Assembly: GCA_002688265.1 (NCBI GenBank)
Contig: NZCK01000019.1
Span: 1 to 62,343, forward strand
Direction: 5' to 3'
Origin: an archaeon
Lineage (GTDB): Archaea > Nanobdellota > Nanobdellia > Woesearchaeales > GW2011-AR9
DNA: 62,343 nucleotides
In this document: one piece after another, positions 28,301 to 36,006 of the stretch
How the letters are laid out: every line of letters begins with the position of its first letter
How positions within the stretch are numbered: the first letter of the stretch is position 1
Made by a program: the position numbers and the translations under genes
The notes under the pieces: generated by a model
Databases searched by the model: none
What the model saw: the letters and a program-made list of their open reading frames with translations, nothing else
What the model was told of the DNA's origin: nothing

Positions 28301-28565
28301 AGAAGGATATGCAAGAGAATTAATGCGATTAGTTCAGAATGAGAGAAAGAAAGCAGGACTTGAAAAAACTGATGTAATTACTTTGCATTTGCAAGTACCT
28401 AAAGATTTGGCTGAAGCTGTGTCTAAGTTTACAGAAATGATTCAAGCAAAGGTAGGTGCAAGCCATGTTTTAGTTGAATCAAAGAAGGCTGCTAAGAAAC
28501 ATAAGCATACTGTTGAAGCTAAAGTTAAGAAGCAAGAGTTTGTGATCAGTTTCGATAAGGAGTAG
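25392..28565 (+). CDS. ileS: Isoleucyl-tRNA synthetase
   Basis: PPYTSGNIHLGHAWN (HIGH), GVKMSKSLGN (KMSKS), editing-domain blocks, 1057 aa. Confidence 0.95.
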   Translation: MKFKEYSLDNETAVLHYWHSKKTVEALRKRGAGKKKYYFLQGPPYTSGNIHLGHAWNMSLKDVVLRYKRMQGLDVWDRNGYDMHGLPTEQKVMKKFNLKDKQDILDFGLDKFATECEKFCTEIMHIMDKDFKRLGTTFDFSNPYQPIKKEFISSVWWLVKQAHKKKRLYQGLRTMHWDAATASAVAKHELEYKSVTDTSIYIKFKRTTKGAPKDSHFVIWTTTPWTIPLNLAIMVNPDLDYVDVEVETNGGKEVWTLAKTLHESVLEKAKIKKFKVIKEYKGKKLEGKSYEHPLKVFDKLPENVQAAKKLFTVLLTKEYCDDTSGTGLVHTAPGCGPEDYEVGHTNGIPPFNCVNEEGFFADFKDEMNGLKAKDDDSKFIQMLDDEGVLIAKEKYTHDYPYGERSHEPVIFRTTKQWFFKMEDLKEKLLAMNEKVYWNPETSKNAFRSWLENLRDNSISKQRFWGTPIPIWKYVDPKTEEEEFIVVGSITELEKLSGQKVKNPHIPFIDDITIEKDGKVFKRVPDILDVWIDAGTASWNCLDYPQNEELIKRYFPADFILEGKDQIRGWFNLLMVASALGFDKLPFKNVYMHGFVTDVEGVKMSKSLGNITSPYEIIDKHGADVLRLYMASTTAGEDISFSWEEIVVKEKFLKIVWNLHKLLISSAKESGINPFALDADLEEMQLGSSEKYILSNLQSTLTRVTDLMETYRLDKVGDVIEALFFNLSRNYVQMVRDRLATGSKEEKEIVLFTVAKVMLDGLKMLQMFCPFVSEVMYLNLKEEFSLEEESISHYMWPKVEKKLMDTKLEAQMQTLDLVMQASLNAREKAKLGLRWPIKELVVVSADSKTVKAVESLRDLLKSQLNVKDITVMPNLPGVKVEAEVNMKTIGPRFGKQSPEVIKHLSKVKMVDVLSSIEEKGSYVFHLSDKSDAQISMNDLLVSREVPKGFTEGSFKGGFVYVNMSRSAELEAEGYARELMRLVQNERKKAGLEKTDVITLHLQVPKDLAEAVSKFTEMIQAKVGASHVLVESKKAAKKHKHTVEAKVKKQEFVISFDKE

Positions 28566-28568
28566 ATT

Positions 28569-28889
28569 TTATTTTATTGGACTTATTTTTTCTTTTACCC
28601 AATTGTAGTATTCTTCATTGCAAGAAACTGATTTAATTAAAATCATGGGAACTCTGTAAGGATGCAATTCTTCTAATGTTTTATGACAAAGATCTTCAGT
28701 TTCTCTTAGAGTTTTACAAGATATTTTGAATTCTTCTTCGTTTTGTTCTTGATTTCCCCAATTGTAAAGACTTTGAATTTTTGTAATGTTCGCACAGGCA
28801 ATAATTCTTTTGTTAAGCAAGGTTTTTGCTATAGTTTGAGCTTGCTCCTCTTTAGCAACAGTAGTTTCTATGATAGTAATTTTATGCAT
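28569..28889 (-). CDS. cutA: Divalent-cation tolerance protein CutA
   Basis: 106 aa with ACANI...IQSLYNWGN...EEFKISCKT...HPYRVPMIL, the typical CutA1 layout. Confidence 0.75.
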   Translation of the reverse strand: MHKITIIETTVAKEEQAQTIAKTLLNKRIIACANITKIQSLYNWGNQEQNEEEFKISCKTLRETEDLCHKTLEELHPYRVPMILIKSVSCNEEYYNWVKEKISPIK

Positions 28890-28984
28890 TTTGATAAGGG
28901 AAAGTTTTTGGAATATTTATTTTTATTGGGTTTGTAGTTTTTAAAAGCAGAATCTTATTAAGTAAGAATGATGCTGATGTTATT

Positions 28985-29947
28985 ATGAATGAAGAAATAG
29001 TAGCCAAGCTTCAAGAAATTTGTAGACAAGAAGATAAAGTTGATTCACTTTTGTATAAGGGAGAAGTTTTGCAAATAGATCATTCTCGGTTCTCTGAGAT
29101 TGGAAAAGGAGAGTTAAAGAAAGTTTACTTTGTTGATGGTGGCCAAGCAGAACTGTTAGTTGCAGGGAATTTTTGTTTGCAATACTTAAGAGTTGCTGCA
29201 GTTAGTTTTTCTGATAAAGGAAAAGAAATTCACAAACTGAACGCTTATTGTTTAGTTAGAACCGAAACTATTCGTGATCAGATCTATTACATTGCTGAAT
29301 TGTTTTTAGATGGAAAAAAGATTGAGGGAATTACATTTGAAAAAGAAGAATTAATGGTTTCTTCAAGCAATGAAATGATTAAATCTGGAAGACAAAGAGC
29401 TCCAATTACAAAGTTGGGGGGGATTGTAAGACGTTTTATGGAATTAAAGCTGACAAAGTTACTGGCTGAGAAAGATCCAGAAGCATATGTAATTTTAGAT
29501 GGCAGTTTAGATGCAAGGTATCCAAAAGAGCAAGAGATAATTGACAGTTTGCCTTCGAGAGTTTGTGCACTCGCTAAAACAACTCAACTCTTTACTGTAA
29601 GTGGTAAGAATCCTGTAGTTTATTTGAATAAAATTTGTTCTATGAATAATCCATGGGTTTATTCTTTTAGCGAGAAATTGCATTTTGTGAAATTGCATTG
29701 GTCTGCTTGGCATGTTTTCAGATTCGATGGGGAAAAGACTGTTTTAGGAAGTCTGTTGGACCAATCAAAAGACCCAACCTTCTTAGGCTATCCTTATGGT
29801 TTAATTCTAGTTGATAAGTTAGCAAGAGTTAGTGAGCAGGAGAAGTCACAATTGCGAAGTAAGTTTCTACTTAGAAAGGATCTAGCTTTTCTCAAAGAAC
29901 ATTTAGCTAGCCAAGATGCTCATGAGATATTGGATAGGATAGGTTAA
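28985..29947 (+). CDS. NurA-like 5'-3' nuclease domain protein
   Basis: YFVDGGQAE, RRFMELK, YVILDGSL, ALAKTTQL and GYPYGLILVDKLARVS match the order of NurA motifs as I recall them. No herA adjacent. Confidence 0.5.
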   Translation: MNEEIVAKLQEICRQEDKVDSLLYKGEVLQIDHSRFSEIGKGELKKVYFVDGGQAELLVAGNFCLQYLRVAAVSFSDKGKEIHKLNAYCLVRTETIRDQIYYIAELFLDGKKIEGITFEKEELMVSSSNEMIKSGRQRAPITKLGGIVRRFMELKLTKLLAEKDPEAYVILDGSLDARYPKEQEIIDSLPSRVCALAKTTQLFTVSGKNPVVYLNKICSMNNPWVYSFSEKLHFVKLHWSAWHVFRFDGEKTVLGSLLDQSKDPTFLGYPYGLILVDKLARVSEQEKSQLRSKFLLRKDLAFLKEHLASQDAHEILDRIG

Positions 29948-29980
29948 TTATTTATATCTTGAGTTAAAGAAGTAATCATA

Positions 29981-30601
29981 ATGGCAGTTAAAGCAATTGA
30001 TATCGCTCTAATTCCTTCAGATGAAGTAATAGATTATTGTTTAAATATTAATAAAAGAGCTAAGGATTTAGATAAAGCATTTTTTGAATTAGGAAAAGAG
30101 GATTTTATCCCACATATTAGTTTAGCGTTAGGATGTGTTGATGAGAAAGACATTGCTTTTATCTCAAACAAACTTAATGAGATTTTAGAAGATAAAACTG
30201 AAATAGATTTAGATATCAGTGGTTTTGGAAAATATGCACAAAAAGATGGAAGTTATACTTTGTATCTTGACATTGTTATTTCAGATATATTAAGATCCTT
30301 TCATGAAAAAGCCATTGAAATTGTAAGACCTTTTTTAGTCGAAAGTAAAGATGCTTTAGTTCTAGTTGAAGGAGAAGAAACAAGTATCAGTGAAGGAAGT
30401 ATGAAAATATTGAATAATTATATTGAGAGTTATGCTTATGAGAATTTTCATCCTCATATCTCTTTAGGTGTTTTTGATTTTGAAGAAAAAGAAGAATTTA
30501 CTAAGACACCTTTGAAGTTTAAAGTTTCTAAATTATCATTGTTTCATGTTGGGAATAGGTGTACTTGCCGTAGAGAGACCAGTTCTGTAAATTTGAATTA
30601 A
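29981..30601 (+). CDS. 2H phosphoesterase superfamily (LigT/2'-5' RNA ligase-like)
   Basis: Two H-x-S/T-x motifs: IPHISLAL and HPHISLGV, about 115 aa apart. Confidence 0.7.
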   Translation: MAVKAIDIALIPSDEVIDYCLNINKRAKDLDKAFFELGKEDFIPHISLALGCVDEKDIAFISNKLNEILEDKTEIDLDISGFGKYAQKDGSYTLYLDIVISDILRSFHEKAIEIVRPFLVESKDALVLVEGEETSISEGSMKILNNYIESYAYENFHPHISLGVFDFEEKEEFTKTPLKFKVSKLSLFHVGNRCTCRRETSSVNLN

Positions 30602-31284
30602 TCCTCATTCAAATGTAACTTACCATCTTTATACTCTAAGTTGTGAGATATAAACACAATATCAAAGTTTGATGTTAAGAATTTGTCTGGTTTCAATGCC
30701 TGGGTTCCACTGAAAATTTTCTTCTCTATCTTTTCTAAAACATTGTGAGAAGGTTTCACTGAAGAGAGACCAGTGTGAAACTTAGCATGATGAAAAGCAG
30801 AATTAACTAATTCTGTACAGAAGTATTTGGCGTAATCACTTTCAAAAAAGAAGTCATAAGGCTTTCCTAATTGTTTTTCAGCAAATAAACAAGCTTCTTG
30901 AATCATTCTTCTTCTTCCTTTAACGTACCTTGGAATTCTAAGAATAATTAATACATCATACTCTGTTGCTACATGGTGCCAAGTTGATAAGGATACTCCG
31001 TCACCTACTGCACCAACAAACCTTCTTCTTCCTAAATAAAGCATAGCATGAGTTGTAATTCCCGAAATTGCTAAACTAGATAACTCTCTTAAATTGCCAA
31101 CAAGAACAATGTCTCCTTTGTACATTCTATGTTTGGCTCTAAATATATCTTTGTGAGTAAGACTATTTTTTCTATGGTGAATTACAATTCCTCCAAGAAC
31201 ATAGATGAAATTAGCAAATATTTTTTTGTACAAAGGGTATCTTTTTGGAAAATTATGAATTAGATGGTCTTTTGCGAAGAGCAT
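30598..31284 (-). CDS. Permuted papain-like (YaeF/YiiX, NlpC/P60 superfamily) hydrolase
   Basis: GDIVLVGN, THAMLYLG (His) preceding YFCTELVNSAF (Cys). This is the permuted order typical of the YiiX family. Confidence 0.55.
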   Translation of the reverse strand: MLFAKDHLIHNFPKRYPLYKKIFANFIYVLGGIVIHHRKNSLTHKDIFRAKHRMYKGDIVLVGNLRELSSLAISGITTHAMLYLGRRRFVGAVGDGVSLSTWHHVATEYDVLIILRIPRYVKGRRRMIQEACLFAEKQLGKPYDFFFESDYAKYFCTELVNSAFHHAKFHTGLSSVKPSHNVLEKIEKKIFSGTQALKPDKFLTSNFDIVFISHNLEYKDGKLHLNED

Positions 31285-31326
31285 AAGTGTAAGAAAGTTA
31301 TTTTAACTTAAATATTTGTTGATTTG

Positions 31327-31357
31327 GGTGTCCACTTTTTTGGAAAGGGTGGTCACC
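31327..31357. repeat. GGTGTCCAC-N13-GTGGTCACC motif pair at the 3' end of fic
   Basis: A 9-mer at 31327-31335 and a near-complement at 31349-31357 that overlaps the fic stop codon. Related pair at 32303-32342. Confidence 0.6.
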
Positions 31358-32291
31358 TAAATTTTCTTTTTAATATCTTGTATTCCTTTAAGAATAATTC
31401 TATTGTAGGACGAAGATCTCCTCTTTTTTGGTATTCTTGTAATGATCTGTAATATTCACGCCTGTGTTTAAATTCAATGTTGATTGGAGGAAAATCATGT
31501 TTAATCAGTATATTATTTAGTAAAACTCTACCGACTCTTCCATTTCCATCTGCAAAAGGGTGAATTGTCTCAAATTGGTTGTGGACTACTGCTGCTAAAA
31601 CAATTGGATGATATTTGTTTTTATTTCTTTGATACCAGGTAACTAGTTCTTTTAGTAAACTTGAAACCAAAATTGAAGGAGCACCTTGGTGAACAATCTC
31701 TCCTTTGAAATCTCTAATAACTACTTCTACTCCTTTTTTTCTTATCTTTCCGGCGAAAGACTTAGAATTTTGAAAGATAATTTCATGAATCTCTTTAATA
31801 ATTTTAATTGATAACTGAGTTTTACAAGTTCGGATGTAATCAATAGCACTTTTAACTCCTTGAGCTTCAGCAATATCTTCTTTTGGAGCATCTTGAGGCC
31901 AAATATTGTTAGAGATGATCTTTTTAACTTCAGATAGGATTAGAGTAGAACCTTCAATAGCATTTGTGTTATAGGTAAAACTCTCAGTAAATTCATTCCA
32001 TTGTTTTTTTGAAAGATGTTGGATCTTTACATAATTTTTTGAGATTAAATTATCAATCTCTTTAATTTCTTCTATTGAAAGGACTGTGTTAAAAGGATTA
32101 TTAATTCTCTTACTTTCGTTAATTTTAACTTTGATAGCTTTTTCTGCTTGTGGACGAATTTTTAGAAGTTGTTTGTTACTTAAATTTTCACCTAAATAAC
32201 GACGAGTCTTCTGGACTTTGCCTTCCTTTTTGTAAGAATGAGTAAGATAATACTTTTTTTTCTTTCCAATTTCTCTTATTTCTAAGTACAT
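31353..32291 (-). CDS. fic: Fic/DOC family protein (AMPylase-type motif)
   Basis: HPFADGNGRVGRVLLN matches HxFx(D/E)GNGRxxR. Confidence 0.9.
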   Translation of the reverse strand: MYLEIREIGKKKKYYLTHSYKKEGKVQKTRRYLGENLSNKQLLKIRPQAEKAIKVKINESKRINNPFNTVLSIEEIKEIDNLISKNYVKIQHLSKKQWNEFTESFTYNTNAIEGSTLILSEVKKIISNNIWPQDAPKEDIAEAQGVKSAIDYIRTCKTQLSIKIIKEIHEIIFQNSKSFAGKIRKKGVEVVIRDFKGEIVHQGAPSILVSSLLKELVTWYQRNKNKYHPIVLAAVVHNQFETIHPFADGNGRVGRVLLNNILIKHDFPPINIEFKHRREYYRSLQEYQKRGDLRPTIELFLKEYKILKRKFR

Positions 32292-32302
32292 ATACTCTCT
32301 AT

Positions 32303-32342
32303 GGTGTCCACTTATTTAAATTTTTTGTTTTTAGGTGACCAC
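32303..32342. repeat. GGTGTCCAC-N22-GGTGACCAC motif pair between the PLD gene stop and the fic start
   Basis: An identical 9-mer GGTGTCCAC at 32303-32311 and GGTGACCAC at 32334-32342 abutting the PLD stop codon. Confidence 0.6.
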
Positions 32343-33401
32343 TTACTCTTCAGCTTCAGCCCAGACTCTGTTGAATTCTTCTGTGAATTGCTTGGCAATA
32401 TCGCTTGAATGAATGATTAAAAGAGTTTCGTCATTATTATCAATCCCATTATTACTAGGATTCATACTCCCAGTAATTACTGTCTCTTGGTCTATAATGA
32501 ACACTTTGTGATGCATACTATTAGGGTTGCCGTCTTTTCTAACCTCAATTCCTTGGTAATCGAATACCTCAAATTTGCTGTATTGAGAATTCATTCTTGA
32601 TTCAAACACTCCTTTGATATCCAATTCGTTCAATTCATGTTGCACTAAAATATTGTTAGCAATACCTTCATGAGTGAAACTGAAAGTCATGAAATAAATA
32701 GATCCTTTTGCTTCTTTGATTTCTTCCTCAACTGCATTTGCACAATCGTCATCTGGGCAGAAGTAAGATTCGATGGTTATATCGTTTAAGCTTATGGATA
32801 TTGCGTTAGGATTTCCCTTTTTGAAAACTCCATTCCAAAGTTCTTGAAATTCAGCTTCAAAAGCTGTTGCTAAGTTTTCTGAATTAATGATTAATAGGTT
32901 GTTATCATTCTTGTTTGCACCATTGTCTGTTGGGTTCATACTTCCAGTTAGAACTTTATTATTGTCTGAGATACAAAACTTGTTGTGCATGTAAGCGTAG
33001 CCATCTTCTTTGACGAAATCTTCAGAGAATTTGTCATAATATTCATCGTCAGTTACAACTTGCACTTCTATTCTTTCTGCTTGATTTCTTAAGGCATCTT
33101 GCACTGATTCTAAACCAATGTCATAGAAAGCGCAGTGTAAAGTGGTTGTGGCTTCGTTTATGAAGTTTAGTAAAGTTTCTTCACAGTTTTGTGTTGGACA
33201 GAATGTGACTTGGATTGCTTCGTTTGTGTTTTGATTATCTGTTGTTTCAATAGTCTCTTCAATTATTTCTTGTTCGGGTAAACCAGTTGCTGCTCCTGTA
33301 ATTGTTCCTATATCGCCTAAGTCTTCTATTGAAATATCATAATAGGAGTATAAACTTAGAAAAAGAACCGCGAGGATTGTGATTGTGAGATATTTTTTCA
33401 T
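32343..33401 (-). CDS. Secreted/membrane-anchored phospholipase D superfamily protein (two HKD motifs)
   Basis: N-terminal hydrophobic segment. HNKFCISDNNKVLTGSMNPTDNG and HHKVFIIDQETVITGSMNPSNNG. Confidence 0.85.
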   Translation of the reverse strand: MKKYLTITILAVLFLSLYSYYDISIEDLGDIGTITGAATGLPEQEIIEETIETTDNQNTNEAIQVTFCPTQNCEETLLNFINEATTTLHCAFYDIGLESVQDALRNQAERIEVQVVTDDEYYDKFSEDFVKEDGYAYMHNKFCISDNNKVLTGSMNPTDNGANKNDNNLLIINSENLATAFEAEFQELWNGVFKKGNPNAISISLNDITIESYFCPDDDCANAVEEEIKEAKGSIYFMTFSFTHEGIANNILVQHELNELDIKGVFESRMNSQYSKFEVFDYQGIEVRKDGNPNSMHHKVFIIDQETVITGSMNPSNNGIDNNDETLLIIHSSDIAKQFTEEFNRVWAEAEE

Positions 33402-33433
33402 TTATGAAGGCAATAATCATCTAATATATTAAT

Positions 33434-33940
33434 TTAGTTCTTCTCATCCACTTCATCCAAAAACTCATTAAGTAATTCATGAATCTTACACTCTGGCCTA
33501 ACATATGGAATGAAGTCATGCTCTTCTGCTATCTTCAAATACTTCTCAAGCTCTTTAACATCAGGACAATAAAGAAGTGCTTCTGTTTCAGCTGAAATCC
33601 CTTCCAAATACTCAACTTGATGTCTTGGATCAGTTCTATCACGATTCGCAAGAGCAATCACTGGAAGTTTGCGTCTTAGAATTTCAAAAACAGTCCCAGG
33701 TCCGCCATGACAAATAACAAAACTGGCTTTGTCATAATACTCATGCAACTTTGGAGCGAATTTGAAGAACTCGCAATGTTTGGGTTCGTAAGATCCGTGA
33801 CCTATTTGAATGATAACTTTGCTAGGAATTTTTCCAATCTCTTTTAGTCGATCGATTTCTTTGATCAAAGGATCGAATCTGCCGTTACCTACTGTAACGA
33901 AAACTGTAGCAAAAAGTTCTTCTGGTTTTTTTGGTGTCAT
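33434..33940 (-). CDS. Alg13-like glycosyltransferase subunit (GT28 C-terminal domain; PssE/Cps14G-like)
   Basis: VFVTVGNGRFDPLIKEI and ICHGGPGTVFEIL. Start trimmed from 34015 to ATG 33940 because the extension runs through GC-rich element D. Confidence 0.75.
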   Translation of the reverse strand: MTPKKPEELFATVFVTVGNGRFDPLIKEIDRLKEIGKIPSKVIIQIGHGSYEPKHCEFFKFAPKLHEYYDKASFVICHGGPGTVFEILRRKLPVIALANRDRTDPRHQVEYLEGISAETEALLYCPDVKELEKYLKIAEEHDFIPYVRPECKIHELLNEFLDEVDEKN

Positions 33941-33961
33941 TTTTTGATTTTTTTTATTTCT

Positions 33962-34133
33962 GGCGTGGGTCAGTAAGGCTTCGTCGTAGCAAGCTACTCC
34001 TCGGAACACTGCCACTCACACCTCAATGTTTTATTTGAGGAAGCTGCGACCCGGATGGTGCAACCCCCGCAACGCTTTCAATATGTTTTATGATTGGTGC
34101 TCGTAATTGGCAGTGTGTTCGCCCTTACTGACC
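33962..34133. repeat. GC-rich structured intergenic element, copy D (largest; between alg14-like and alg13-like genes)
   Basis: Nested helices: GGTCAGTAAGG (33968-33978) / CCTTACTGACC (34123-34133); CACTGCCA (34007-34014) / TGGCAGTG (34108-34115); CCTCAA...TTGAGG hairpin. The 5' end TGGCGTGGGTCAG..GGCTT matches copies A and B. Confidence 0.6.
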
Positions 34134-34137
34134 TTAA

Positions 34138-34620
34138 TTACGATAACCTCCCTTTGAACTTAGCCTTAGGATATTGATGTAACATATTCTTCCACTGAAC
34201 AATAAACAAGTCAGTAATTCGATAAACAAACCTTCCTGCTTGACTTTTATTATGTACTCTTACCCAACTCTCTAAAAAGATAGTCTTGATTCTAAATATC
34301 TTTGCTATCCAAAACAAAGGTATTGCCATACTTGGCCCACTACATAAAACAACATCAGGTCTTGAGTGTCTTAAAACATTAATTACATCTAAACTAGCTG
34401 GAACCATCTTAAGAGCAACTTTGCCTAAAAATTTGTCTTTCATATCTCTTGGATTTTTCATGTAATAAATTGGACCAGGTTTTCTAATCTTAGCTTTACT
34501 GGTTTTATCATCAGTACATATAAGGTAGCATAATTCGTGTTTCTCTTCAATCCCATCAACTAATCTTAAGATTTGAGAAGTGTGTCCACCCATTCCAAGT
34601 GCTACTAATACTTTTGCCAT
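34138..34620 (-). CDS. Alg14-like glycosyltransferase subunit (PssD/Cps14F-like), no N-terminal TM
   Basis: LGMGGHTSQILRLV and PDVVLCSGPSMAIPLFWIAKIF..IFLESWVRV. Confidence 0.7.
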   Translation of the reverse strand: MAKVLVALGMGGHTSQILRLVDGIEEKHELCYLICTDDKTSKAKIRKPGPIYYMKNPRDMKDKFLGKVALKMVPASLDVINVLRHSRPDVVLCSGPSMAIPLFWIAKIFRIKTIFLESWVRVHNKSQAGRFVYRITDLFIVQWKNMLHQYPKAKFKGRLS

Positions 34621-34718
34621 GTATTTAATTTGTTTTAAGGTTTTATTTTATAAGTTTAGTGGAAGATGATTACTTGTTTAGAATGAGAGAATAAATGAAA
34701 ATAAAATAAAAAGAAATT

Positions 34719-35294
34719 TTATTGCTTCCGATCATGAGCTCTTCGACTTGGACGAGCTTTTTCATAACCTTTGCCCTTTTTCGCCATACCACGAGATTTC
34801 TTCCCTGCAGAAGTTTTCCCATGAAATACACGGGATTGGTTTGCTTTCTTACCTGTCCAAGCCATTTTTGGATCTGATTTGATCACAGGATGGTTTGGAT
34901 CTACACAGATAACTTCAAACCAATAATTCTGACCATCTTGAGCTACCCAATAACTGTTTAAAACAACTAAGTTTTTGTAAGTTTTTTGAACACGCTCTTC
35001 TGCGATAAGCCCATAACTTTTTCTCAAATTTAATCTTTGAGTGTATCTCTTAGGACGTCGTCCTCCTTTAAGCATTGGCCTTTTGTGACCACCACGAATA
35101 ACTCTTTCTCTTACCATTACGTATCCTTGTTTTGCTTTGTATCCAAGGTTTCGAGCACGATCAATTCTAGTTGGTTTTTCAATTCGAATTGTGCTTGGTT
35201 GACGTCTCCAAATTAGAAGTCTTTCTCTGTATAATTCGTTTAAGTTAGCTTTTGGTTTTTTCCAAAGCTGTTGAACATATTTGTACATTCCCAT
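34719..35294 (-). CDS. rpl15e: 50S ribosomal protein L15e
   Basis: [13 protein letters not shown]...[46 protein letters not shown] lies 9 nt before ATG 35294. The ORF-track start at 35327 was judged an over-extension. Confidence 0.92.
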   Translation of the reverse strand: MGMYKYVQQLWKKPKANLNELYRERLLIWRRQPSTIRIEKPTRIDRARNLGYKAKQGYVMVRERVIRGGHKRPMLKGGRRPKRYTQRLNLRKSYGLIAEERVQKTYKNLVVLNSYWVAQDGQNYWFEVICVDPNHPVIKSDPKMAWTGKKANQSRVFHGKTSAGKKSRGMAKKGKGYEKARPSRRAHDRKQ

Positions 35295-35300
35295 TTTATT

Positions 35301-35420
35301 TCGGCCTCCGCTTGTGCGGTATATCAAACCAGATTCTTGATTTTCTGGTTCTTTTCGTTTTTTAGCTTTTTTTTTGTTAATTTTTCAGATTCAGGCAGCA
35401 GCCAAGCGCCCACATGTCTG
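35301..35420. repeat. GC-rich structured intergenic element, copy E (abuts the rpl15e start)
   Basis: CAAACCAGATTCTTGATTTTCTGGTTCTTTT aligns with copy A CAAACCAGTTCGCGATTGATTTTGCTTCTTGTT. The 3' GCAGCCAAGCGCCCACATG resembles GGCCAGCGCGCCAATG of copy B. Hairpins AACCAGA/TCTGGTT and CCGC/GCGG. Confidence 0.45.
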
Positions 35421-35464
35421 TTTTAAGTAGAAATGCTATAGTTTCTTTATAAAGATTGCTTAAA

Positions 35465-35848
35465 CTATTCAATATTGTATGCGTCGATGATAGTTTGTTG
35501 GTTGTAAAGTTTGGTGAGTTGAGGTAGAATTAATTGTTGTATTTGAATAAATCCTTCGTCAGATAAATAAAATGATGTTTCTAACTCAAGCAAATAATCT
35601 TCACCAATAACAATGTGTCCTGCAATTTGATCTTCAAGTCTACTATGTAGTTTTTCTGTAGCATCGTCTTCACAGTTCCCTTGAAAACTAATATTTGAAA
35701 GATTAATATCATTATCACTAGCTTCAATCCATTGATAAGATGGAGTCATATAACTTGCATCAATAACTGCTTGAGGCACAACTCTGGTCTGATCACAAGC
35801 AGTTAAAAGTCCAACTGCAAGCATACAAATTGGCAAGTATTTTGACAT
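35465..35848 (-). CDS. Small secreted protein with lipobox-like signal (LLTAC)
   Basis: Trimmed to ATG 35848, giving MSKYLPICMLAVGLLTACDQ. The longer ORF-track start would overlap the divergent CBS gene. Confidence 0.5.
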   Translation of the reverse strand: MSKYLPICMLAVGLLTACDQTRVVPQAVIDASYMTPSYQWIEASDNDINLSNISFQGNCEDDATEKLHSRLEDQIAGHIVIGEDYLLELETSFYLSDEGFIQIQQLILPQLTKLYNQQTIIDAYNIE

Positions 35849-36006
35849 GTTTCTGATTGGAAATTGTCTGTTTTTAAGGTTTATGGATGATTTGTGTTTT
35901 CTTCTCTCCAGTTCAATAGAGTTTATATAATAAAAGAGAATAGTAATTATGGGGATAGGTGTTAATTTAATAAAAGTTTCAAGAGTTTTATCGGAGGATA
36001 TTTGAA

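Noticed and set aside
33962-34133. Element D as SRP RNA or RNase P RNA, because CCCGCAACGC recalls E. coli 4.5S RNA and GAGGAAGC recalls RNase P CR-I GAGGAAAGUCC
   Set aside because: It is too short at 172 nt. It lacks the SRP helix-8 GGAA/AGCA motifs and the full CR-I/CR-IV/CR-V set. The matches are short enough to be chance.
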